A stretch of 64,000 nucleotides of DNA from Camelus ferus. Taxonomy: Eukaryota. The position numbers and the translations under genes were made by a program. The DNA lies in NCBI RefSeq assembly GCF_009834535.1, contig NC_045697.1, positions 54,500,001 through 54,564,000 on the forward strand, given 5' to 3'. Shown here in pieces: positions 53,854 to 64,000 of this stretch (positions are counted from its first letter, which is position 1; every line of letters starts with the position of its first letter). The notes beneath the pieces are model-generated. The model saw nothing but the letters and a program-made list of their open reading frames with translations. It had not been told where the DNA came from and searched no databases.

Positions 53854-54393
53854 TATTTCAGAGTTGAGAAAAATGGAGCTATTTATCATGCACATTTTGG
53901 TGGCCCACTAAATCTAAGCCACAGTTATGAGAACATAAGGTTTTTTTACTCTTTTGTCAGGATTTTCAGTTGGTGAACTACCAGTGGATATTTGGCAAAA
54001 TATGTCTGGCAGAGAAAGCTGTAAATTTTCAAACTTTCATTTTGTTCTTGTATGCTTTCTAAGCAGTGAATCACTGATGCTGTGTTGCATAGATTGGGTC
54101 CCTACAGCTATCTAGTGAGATTTATAGAGCTACACTGGGGCATGTGGTCCTTGAGAGACTGGATTTGGCCCAGTATTGTATAAAGAACGATGAGGGAAGG
54201 GAAAATTGCAGGAATTCTGGTTTGTTTTGCAGGGGACCTGAGAGGTTCCACCATTTGCTATTTCATCTTCAATATTTCAGAATTACTCTAGGTTTATAAG
54301 CCAGGCCTGAAGCCTGAGCATCCCCCCCCCCCCCCCCGTTAGGCTAGCCTATTCTCACAAATTAAAGCAAGCCAGGGATTTCCAGTCTGACAC

Positions 54394-54534
54394 TTTTTTT
54401 GGGGGGTTGGGGGGGTTTAGGGGGAGGTAATCAGGTTTATTTATTTAATTGTTTCTTAATGGAGGTACTGGGGATTGAACCCAGGACCTTGTGCATGCTA
54501 GGCACGTACTCTGCTACTGAGCTATACCCTCTCC
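54394..54534 (-). mobile_element. tRNA-derived SINE (vic-1-like)
   Basis: Minus strand reads GGAGAGGGTATAGCTCAGTAGCAGAGTACGTGCCTAGCATGCACAAGGTCCTGGGTTCAATCCCCAGTACCTCC followed by the tail. Confidence 0.88.
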
Positions 54535-54645
54535 TATGAAACTCCTTTCTTAATGGAGAGACCACATGGTTTCCCCCAACAATAGGGGTTCCATTGGAGC
54601 TGCAACTGTAGATGTGAGGAGTCAAACTGTGTACAGAGTGAGGTA

Positions 54646-55840
54646 TGATGAAATAAAATTTATATTTTATGTCAAGACAAGAAAAATGTAAACATAAAAT
54701 TCTTCTCTGTCCATTTGGGCCTCTTCCCTTGCCTTTAGTATATATTGTACCTCTGCTTAACCAGACCTCCCTAGGAGATCCCCTTCCTTCTTAATCTTGG
54801 AAGGGGCATGATGGCTCACTACTCACTTTGTATGTGCAGATCTGAATTGTGTAAACTGTCAATGCATACAAAGATGTATAACTCTTTGTCTCAAAAACTT
54901 ATATAACTGTGCTTTGACTTGTAACATGCAGAACAGGCCTCAGAGCTTTCTGAAAGACTGTCTCCCAGATTATAATCCTCAGGTTGGCTCAAATAACTTT
55001 TTCTATTTTTCTCTTAGATGGATTATTGATTAATTTTTTGTGCACATTCATGATGTAGTTGGCAGGACATCAGAGATACCCAGCAGAGGACACCTGGAGT
55101 CTACCCTGAACTGTTGCTCAGTACAAGCATCAACCTATTGAACCCCACTGGTTTCTTGGTGCCCTTCAGGTGTTCCAATGAATTCTCTGGATATCCAGAT
55201 CTCATTGCTTTCAAGTGATGATCCTAAAAATTTCATTTGAGCTGTTTTTATTTAAGGCTTGGAGTCTGAAGGGGCACCAGTACATTTCCACAGCAGGGAC
55301 TTTGGGGGATCTGTGCAGGATGCCCAGGGAAACATGGGTGGCTTGGTTTTTGTTAAATTTAGCTTAAATTGAAAAAAAAAAGTTGATATATGATCTGAAC
55401 AAAACTTTTGCTGGCGAAATGAGAGACTGAATTATTTGGCTCCAAAGAACAGGGGACATTTGCTCCTTCTGGCTACAAGGTGTTCTAAGGTGACTGAGAA
55501 CCTAGTGGAAGTGTCTGAGGCTTAATTAATCCTTGTGACATGTAGTGATCCTACAGGGAACCCCATTACAATCATTAAGTAAATTCTGCTCAGGTAGAAC
55601 AATACAGACTGAATATCAGTAAACTAGAGAAGCGTGTTGAGGTACATTAACTAAATGAAAATAGTTTGAAACTGAAATTAGAGTTGAAGATTCAAAATTA
55701 CTGCCTTGTCTTTATATTACATTGAGACCTACTTCCTGTGATCCCAGACTTCAAATGATAGACTATAAGTCCAAGTTAATTTTTTGGAGACAAAAACTAT
55801 AACTAATTTTTAGTTTCAGTATTTTAAGAAAGTGACTTGA
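54646..55840 (+). mobile_element. ERV remnant: LTR (about 54646-55046), tRNA-Ser PBS (55051-55068) and leader; right end approximate
   Basis: TG...CA-bounded ~400-bp LTR-like block followed by TGATGTAGTTGGCAGGAC, a 14/18 match to TGGCGTAGTCGGCAGGAT. Confidence 0.7.
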
Positions 55841-57764
55841 ATGACAGAGGAAAACCTCCTGATTTGATAAATGACCTAATCAACCTCCTTGGCAGCTGGT
55901 AGCTGGTGTCACACAGCGGGAAGTGAAAGGAGGGATGAGAGCTGAGAAATGAAAAGAAGGGACATGGGAGACAGGACGCTGGGAAACATCAGTGGTTGGA
56001 ATAGGAGAAAAGTAGTCACTGGCTTTATAGCCAGAGAGTTTCATGGGAAAAAAAGAATGTCTCTAGAAAAATGTAAAGATAGGAATCTTTCTGAGAAATA
56101 ATGTATCTTGTTGATTATGTCTTTCTTATCTTTTAAAAAACTAAACCAAATTAAAGAAAAACCAGTTCAAAAGCCTCTCAAAATTGCTTTGGTTTGACAA
56201 TTTGCAAGGCAAATTAATCCTTAATATACCAATGTTCAAATTATGTCTCTCCTCCTCCCAAGTTTTAGGTGGTGAATAATACATTTGTAGGTAAGAAAAT
56301 ACCATAGAAAAAGTGTTTGGGCAGAGGGCAAGAAGCCAGTTTTGCTACTAACCAGCTGAGACCTTGAACAAGCCAGTGAACTTCTCTGAGATAACTGTTT
56401 CTTCACTTCCTGTCTGAAGAGCTGCAACTGGCTTTTAAGGACCCTCCTACTTTCCACCCTTTTTCTCTCTGATTCATTTAAAATGCAATGTAATCAAGCC
56501 ATTCCCCTGCTTCAAACATTTTAATGGATTCTAAGTGCTTTCAGATTCATTCTTTTTTTTTTTTAAATTTGGCAGTAAATATTTACTGACCACCAATTAT
56601 GTGCTCAAACATGGCACACAGATCCTTCATTAAAGGGCCCTTTTAAATCAAAACTCCTTAAAAAATACTCTCTCACCTAGTAACTTTGGTTACTCTCAGT
56701 TGTCTCAATAATTTATGGTCTTTCCTATCTTCTCTTTCTTTCCAATCACTGTGCACCTTGCTTGGATGCCCTGCTTTCCTCTTGTTAATATGATAACTCC
56801 CTACTTATCCTTGAAGACCTAGATTGAATATATTCTTATCCGTGAAGATTTCCTGAAGCCTTCCCCATCCCCAAGGGGAACGTTTATCTCTCTCACCCTG
56901 CATTCCAGTAGTATTTTGCACATTTTTATTGCAATATTTGTACCATTATATTTTAGTTACAGGTATAGCTTCTATATCAACAGAAAATTGAGTTTTTCAA
57001 ATACAGGGATTATGTTGAAATCACAGTTGATAAGAAGTAGATTGCAGTAACTATTTATTAAATGAATAGCTTCCAGCTGAAAAATATGATTCTATTTTGA
57101 AGAGTTAGCCTCCACCGAGACAGGAGATTTTTTCTGACAAGTGTGAACATTGTTTAACATATGATTCTTCTGTTGCCATGTAGAACAATTATGCTACTAT
57201 GAAACTTTTGAAAATACACCAAAGTCCAACTATTATAGTCATCATCAGTATCTGTGTCACAGGAATTTGCTATAAATCAAGATATATGGCAAATACAACT
57301 CAACAACTTTGAGTGGAGTATAATGGAGTAACTCAAATAAAACCAAAATTTTAATGCTCTGAGTCATCTATGTTATAATACTATTCAAGTGAATGAATGC
57401 ACATCTTTACAATATCTAAGGCCTCTCTAAAATACTATCCAGTGATGGGAATTGATTCAATCAATAAATCTGGACCCAATCTCCCTCCGGTACTTCTAAT
57501 TTTTGATTTTTGTTTTACTTAATGTTTATTGATGATTTAGTACCATTGGCATCACAATTAATTGTAGTAAATTTTGAAGATAGGTGAGCTGAATACATTT
57601 ACATTTACAATCTGTAACTGAAAAACACAGCTTTAATTTTAATGATTATATGAAAACTTTGTGCCACAGTCATTATTACTCAGAAAATGTTTCTTCTAGG
57701 TCTTTTGGGAGAAAAAAAGACAAGGTAGCTCTGTCAGAGTGATTTAATTTGTTAACCATATTAA

Positions 57765-58430
57765 TCGCAGGTTGGTGCCTTCCATCTGTTCCAACCCTTT
57801 CTAGTGTGCCATTCTTTACTGCAGAGGCTGAAAAGCTGAAAATTACATTTCCTAGACCTCTTTGCAGCTAGAGTGGTCATGCATTTAATGCTGGGAAGGC
57901 AGAACAGACAGAATTCATTCTTTCACTGCCTTTGGTTTTTCTAGGGGCCAGCATGGTTAGGCATCTGACTTTTTGATAGCAATGTTATCAGAAGTCTCAG
58001 TGTCTGATCACTAGTTTCATGAGTGTTGATAGTCAAGGCATGGAACATTGGTTTTCTGATAACAATTAGATATGGTATGGTATGGTGTGTTTCTGAAGCC
58101 AGGAGTGGTAAGGATGCTTCCTGCTCGTAGAGGCTTCTTATTTGTGGTGGCTTCCTTGAAATGGCAGTTTTGTAATTATGGTCATTTTCTGCTTACGCAG
58201 TATCAGCATGGCTCTGGAGACTCCAGCATTGGCATCAGCTTCCCAGTTTCCAGATTGCTTCTTGACTGTACATGTAGCGGCTGGCTCTTGGTGGTTCAGT
58301 TCTGCTGTGTATCTTTGGAAATTATTTCTGAAAGCCCAAAATTTGTTATTTCCCCATCCCTCCCAACAATTCCGCAAGCTGATAAATGCTTAAATTAGCT
58401 ATCATAAACTTATGTAACTGACCTCAGATC
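57765..58430 (+). mobile_element. ERVL-type LTR (LTR33/LTR16-like)
   Basis: GCAGAGGCTGAAAAGCTGAAAATTACATTTCCTAGACCTCTTTGCAGCTAGAGTGGTCATG. Confidence 0.6.
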
Positions 58431-59747
58431 AATACAGTTCCTTAATGTCTATAGGAACAAGTGCAAAGTTATCCTAACATTGGAGGTACTCCACCATTTA
58501 GTTGCATTTTGCAAACATGAACAGTTTTTCAATATCTGACAAATTTTCTTTATGTCAACAGCACATCATTTCTACCTCATGTCTTTGCAGTTTACCTACC
58601 TATTTCATTTACCTCATAAATCTCTTACTGGTAGGGGTTGCCAATAAGCTCTAGTTTTGGCATTTTATTGTTTACAAATTTCTGTAGGCACTTGAATTTA
58701 CAAACATCTTACATATCATGTCCTATACACAATTAACTTAAATAATGTCTTATTTTTTATTATAAGTAGAAAAATTATATAAGTTTAAGCAAAAGAAAAG
58801 CATAAAGAAGGGAATGAAAATCATATATTAAAAAAAAAATCACATCTTATTCTACTATCCATACCATTAGCACTGTTTGGATATGTATCATCACTTTTTT
58901 GGCACTTTTCCGGCACTTTTTCTCTACTTGTATATATTTATGTAATCAGGTAAATAATGTACATGCTGTTTGATAAACTGCATTTTTCAAATAATGTATC
59001 CAGAGCACATTTCCATGTCAAAAATATGAATGTACATTATTTAAATTTTTGCTTAGTACCAGCAAAGTAATTTGTCTTTGCAAGGTTAAAATTATAACGC
59101 AGAACTACATTATTAAAGTGTTGAAAGTTGAAGTGTGTTTTAAACGACAAAAGCTCCTTTGTATGAGGTAAGAATTACACTGAAGAGAAGTAAACTATTG
59201 GCTACAGGATAGAGATTTGTTGTGTTCTTGTTAAGAGAAACAGTGTATATATAATAAAATATAATTGCAACTAAGACTCAAACAGTTGACACAAAAGTAA
59301 TTTAGGAAACATAAAGCTCAGTCAGTTTGTAATACAGCACTTTAAACGTACGGACTCCACGCAGACCTCTAAGATCCAGTGCATAATATTGTTCTTTGTT
59401 TTGGGGGGTTTTGTTTTGCTTTGTTTTGCTTTTGGTGAACGCTGCTGCCACCTATTGTGTGCATATTACAAGCACACTTTATTAACTCGGCAATTACAGT
59501 CCTGTAGAGCCTTTGTATCTGAGGATAATTTTGTCAGAAAAGGCTACTAAAGTGAATGTATGTAGATGGGAAAAGAATATGAAAGAGTAAGGACATTCTC
59601 TTCCAGCAGCAAGACAGCATTATACTATCTTAAAAAAATGTACAATTCCCTGTCATTCAATAATCAATACTTTAGTTTTCTACTGTTGCTTAATGCTCTG
59701 TATAGCTTCTTTGTTCTCAACCAGACTTGGATCAAAATTCACACATT

Positions 59748-59847
59748 TGGTGAGTAGGGTATAGTTCAGTGATAGAGTGTGTGCTTAGCCTGCATGAGGT
59801 CCTGGGTTCAATCACCAGTACCTCCACTAAAAAAATTAGTAAAACTG
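59748..59847 (+). mobile_element. Short tRNA-derived SINE with 13-bp TSD
   Basis: A and B boxes (TAGTTCAGTGA, GGTTCAATCA); AAATTCACACATT at 59735-59747 and 59848-59860. Confidence 0.88.
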
Positions 59848-59904
59848 AAATTCACACATTGCATTTGGTTGATATGCTTTTTTTTTTCTCTCTCTCATGT
59901 TCTT

Positions 59905-60780
59905 AATTTTTCAAGTAAAGTTTATTGAGATATAATTTACAGCAAAAGTCATCTTTTTTTTTTCTAGAAGCACAGTTACAGGAGTTTTGACAAATATGTA
60001 TAGTCATGTAACTACCACCATAATCAAGACTTGAATTATTTTCACCACCATAAAAAGTTCCTTCCTGGCTCCTTCCCCCTGACCTCATCCCCTGACAATC
60101 ACTGATCTCATTTCTGTTCCTATAGTTTTTTTTTTTTTTTAACATTTTTTATTGATTTATAATCATTTTACAATGTTGTGTCAAATTCCAGTGTTCAGCA
60201 CAATTTTTCAGTCATTCATGGACATATACACACTCATTGTCACATTTTTTTCTCTGTGAGTTATCATAACATTTTGTGTATATTTCCCTATGCTATACAG
60301 TGTAGTCTATTCTACAATTTTGAAATCCCAGTCTATCCCTTCCCACCCTCCACCCCCCTGGTAACCACAAGTCTGTATTCTCTGTCTGTGAGTCTATTTC
60401 TGTCCTTTATTTACGCTTTGTTTTTGTTTGTTTGTTTTTGTTTTTGTTTTTTAGATTCCACATATGAGCGATCTCATATGGTATTTTTCTTTCTCTTTCT
60501 GGCTTACTTCACTTAGAATGACATTCTCCAGGAGCATCCATGTTGCTGCAAATGGTGTTCCTCTAGTTTTATGTAGTCACCTACATGGACTCATACAGTG
60601 GATAGACTTTGATGTCTGGCTTTTTTCACTTAGTACAGCATTTTGAGATTCATCTATGTTATTGCCTGTCTCATTAGTTTATTTTTATTGCTGATTCCTC
60701 AGAATGGATGCACTACAATTTGCTTATTCATTCACCAGTTGATGGGAAGATTGCCAGTTGAGTCTATTATGAATAAAGTG
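59905..60780 (-). mobile_element. Older L1M 3' end containing a younger L1 3' end (60130-60555)
   Basis: Young insert starts with poly-T and is bounded by TGTTCCT(A/C)TAGTTTT at 60115-60129 and 60556-60570. Confidence 0.85.
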
Positions 60781-61499
60781 AATTTCAAGTTGTAATTGAA
60801 ACTATGTCATAATTTCTAGAAAAATTGATTTTTGGAGTGTCATTTTTAAGGTTAAAATATTCTCTAAAATAGTTTTAACAATTATAAATTTGAAATTATC
60901 TACAACATAAGATCATAAGTAACTAAAAGTTTCTACTTCTCTTTCAAGTTAAATTTCTGTACACCTTTTTCTCTATATACGTATTTAATACACATAGTTC
61001 CACAGACAGATACATAAATACACACACATATACCACTTACCCAGGTAAGTAGTTGTGGTGGAAAACCTCAAGATTTTAGTCAGTTGTCATAGAAGTTCAT
61101 AAGGACTGATCTTAATTTTTTTTTTGGTAGGGGGACGTTTGTAATGACAGATCTGGGTTTTATAAACATTACTCCATCAACTAGCAGCCCTATTTTAGGA
61201 TGCTCAAACTGTGCTGAGGCGATTAAATACTAGGACACATGCAGAGGGAACCGAAAAGTTTGGGAACTGTGGTGTCTCCATAACTTTTTGTTTTCATAAG
61301 GATACTGTTCCATTTACTTTCTAGAACAGACCGGTTCCTTGCCAACAACCCCTGCATTCTACACGAGTATGTCATTACATTTCAGGTTCCTCAAAATACC
61401 TCTGAGAGTTAGTTTCCAGTGGAAGCTAGAGGATATAATTTTACATGTGAAATGTATATCTATCATTGTGCTTGCTAAAATTTCTCACTGAAGGTAAAA

Positions 61500-61745
61500 A
61501 GAGTATAGTAACTAAGTGCCAAGTTCTGGAGTCAGAATACTAATGTTTATCCCCAGCTCTGCCTTTAATGGTAGTGTGATCTTGAGAAAGTTACTTAAAG
61601 TGTGTCTCAGTTCTGTTGTTTATAAAATATGCTTATTAATTATCTTTTCTCATAGAAATGTTCTAAGAATTAAATAAGTTACTGCATGGAAAGCATTTGG
61701 GATAGAACTTGCCATACAGTGTGCACTCAATAAATGGTAGTGTAC
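61500..61745 (+). mobile_element. MIR
   Basis: TCTGGAGTCAGA...GTGTGATCTTGAGAAAGTTACTTAA...GCACTCAATAAATGGTAG. Confidence 0.8.
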
Positions 61746-61769
61746 ATTGTTATCTATTCCAAATGTGAG

Positions 61770-61861
61770 GGTCAAGGGATAGCTCAGTGGTAGAGTGTAT
61801 GCTTGGCATTCATGAGGTCCTGGGTTCAATCCCCGGTGCCTTTGTTAAGGGAAAAAAATTA
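61770..61861 (+). mobile_element. Short tRNA-derived SINE with 11-bp TSD
   Basis: TAGCTCAGTGG A box, GGTTCAATCC B box; CCAAATGTGAG at 61759-61769 and 61862-61872. Confidence 0.88.
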
Positions 61862-62278
61862 CCAAATGTGAGACAGAATTATGTAATGTAGTCTTGTTGG
61901 CAAAATTTCTGCTAGACCAAGTTAAAAAAGCTCTATAATAATTTCAATAGCATGATCGATTGAAATCTTGGTATGTTCAAGGCATTTCAACTAGATCTAA
62001 AAAGGAATTAATCCATATCTCAACAGCTTTAACATTATTCCCATTTCACAGACAAGAGAATTGAGAAATATATAGTTTAATTAACTTGCGCATGATGGCA
62101 GAATTAGTGGATTAGAGTGGAACCCGGACTTATCTGATTTCAGAGTTAATTTTTAACCCCTCTTCCCTACCAAAAAAGGGTCTTAGCAGGTGATAACATT
62201 TATTAAAGCATTACAAGTTTTAAACATTTATTAGCTCAACTCTTGATTAATGAATGTATTCAATAAGTAATGTATTTT

Positions 62279-63262
62279 TTATTACATAGTTATTGACTAT
62301 ATTCCCCACACTGTGTATTTCATACCTGTGACTGATTTATTTTGCAACTGGAAGTTTGTAACTCTTAATCTCCCTCACCTATTTCTCTCCTCCTCTCATA
62401 CCCCTACCCTCTGGCAACCACCTGTTTGTTCTCTGTATCTATAACCATCTCTGTTTTGTTAAGTTTGTTCATTTTTTTTTTAGATTTCACATATAAGTAA
62501 AATCATGTAGTATTTGTCTTTCTCTGTCTGACTTATTTCATGTAGTGAATACTCTCTAGGTTCCTCCATGTTGTCACAAACAGCAGGATTTCATTCTTTT
62601 TATGGTAGAATAATACTTTATTGTATATATATATATCCCACATCTTCATTCATCTGTCAATAGGCACTTAAGTTGCTTCTATATCTTGGCCATTGTAAAT
62701 ATACTACTCTGAATATTGGGGAGCGTGAATCTTTTTGAATTAGTGTTTTTGTTTTCCTTGGATAAATACCCAGGCGTGGAATTGATGGATCATATGGTAG
62801 TTTTATTTTTAATTTTTTTGTGGAATCTCCATACTGTTTTCCATGGTGGCTGCACCAGTTTACATTCCCACCAACAGTACACAAGGGTTCACTTTTCTCC
62901 ACATCTTTGCCAACATTTGTTATTTGTTGGTGACATCTGCTTGTGGTTTTGATTTACATTTACCTGTTGATTAATGATGTTGAACATATTTTCATGTGCC
63001 TGTTAGCCATCTGTATATCTTCTTTGGAAAAATGTCTATTCAGATCCTCTACTCATTTTTTAACCGGGTTGTTTGCCTTTTGGAAGTTGCATTGTGTGAG
63101 TTCTTTGTACATTTTGGATATTTACCCCTTATCACATATATCACTTCTATTCAGCAGGTGGCCTTTTCATCTAGATGATAATTTCCTTCACTGTGCAAAA
63201 GCTTTTTAGCTTGACATAGTCCCATTTGTTTATTTTTGCTTTTGTTTCCTTTGTCTGAGATG
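62279..63262 (-). mobile_element. 5'-truncated L1 with 12-bp TSD
   Basis: ORF2 C-terminal remnant [15 protein letters not shown]...[20 protein letters not shown] at 62267-62278 and 63263-63274. Confidence 0.9.
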
Positions 63263-63779
63263 GTAATGTATTTTCTGATGAAAATTCCCTTGCAATTTTT
63301 CATTAAATCATTAAAAAAATAGGACATAGTTTCACAGAATCATAAAATGGTGAGGTCAAGTCTTCAGAGCCTCTAACTTAACTTTCCCATTATGTCATTA
63401 AGGAAACAGCCAGAAGCGTGCCACAGCTTGTCCTAGATGACATAGCTAGTCCAGTGAGCAGGTTTCAAAACTCCCGATTTACGACTCCTTTCAGGACATC
63501 ATACTTAATTGGTTACTTACATAGAGTAATTTTGTTCCCAATACCTCAAGAAAATATTATCCACATATTTGAAAAAAGAATACATCATCCATCTTCATTA
63601 TTATTATTATTATTATACCATTATTGCTTTCAGAGATGATACATAAAAGGGCTGGGTGTGACTGACAAGGCTTCACAGTGAAATATTTCTCTTCAAACGA
63701 CTTCTGCAATTTGTACCTCTTAGCCTTCCAAGTTTGACTTTTCACTATATGATAGAATTGTCGAGAAGTTTTACACCTC

Positions 63780-64000
63780 CACATGAAGGGCAGAGTCCGA
63801 GTGGAAAAGGGGAAGGGGGAAGAGGAGGAGGTGACGAAGGCGCGACAGGAGGATGAGGGTAGGACTACGAGATGATGGGCGGGGCTACTGGAAGAATGAA
63901 GGGCGGAGTTACGTAAGGCCGTCCTGAGGGAGAGTACAAGTGAGGGGGAGGGCCCGTAACGGCTTTCTGCGTCTGGAGGCGTACGACCCGCTTTGCGCAT
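63780..64000. promoter_or_regulatory. Edge of a CpG-island promoter (probably CENPC by synteny)
   Basis: Abrupt rise in GC and CpG content; GC boxes at 63877-63885 and 63901-63908; TTACGTAA at 63909-63916; TGCGCAT (NRF1-like) cut by the window end. Gene identity is inferred only from the recalled human order CENPC-STAP1-UBA6. Confidence 0.7.

Noticed and set aside
58072..58398. Three overlapping ORFs
   Set aside because: They lie within an ERVL-type LTR remnant and show no gag, pol or env motifs
61770..61845. Possible tRNA genes (also at 59748, 33616 and 54460-54534)
   Set aside because: A tails, TSDs and poor acceptor-stem pairing indicate SINEs
63557..64000. 147-aa minus-strand ORF
   Set aside because: It crosses the GC-rich promoter edge and an (ATT)n repeat, is low complexity and resembles no known protein; stop depletion in GC-rich DNA explains it

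Overview
This window is AT-rich mammalian genomic DNA, probably camelid judging by its tRNA-derived vic-1-like SINEs and artiodactyl-type L1 3' ends. It holds three gene-related parts. (1) The last six coding exons and 3' UTR of UBA6 (ubiquitin/FAT10 E1 enzyme) on the + strand, CDS 833-9463. (2) The complete, convergent 9-coding-exon STAP1 gene on the - strand, CDS 53082 down to 19190, giving a 297 aa protein with all GT-AG junctions in frame. (3) The start of a CpG-island promoter at the right edge, which by recalled human synteny should be CENPC. The rest is intronic or intergenic DNA rich in L1, L2, MIR, MaLR/ERV LTRs, DNA-transposon MITEs and SINEs. I found no previously undescribed biological system. 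The most notable details are a tandemly duplicated splice acceptor at STAP1 exon 8 whose use would create a premature stop, an ERV LTR with a tRNA-Ser PBS just upstream of STAP1, an AATAAA directly after the STAP1 stop codon, a UBA6 acceptor with no polypyrimidine tract, and two ultra-short retrotransposition events with target-site duplications (TSDs). Gene and repeat names come from recalled sequences, not from database searches.
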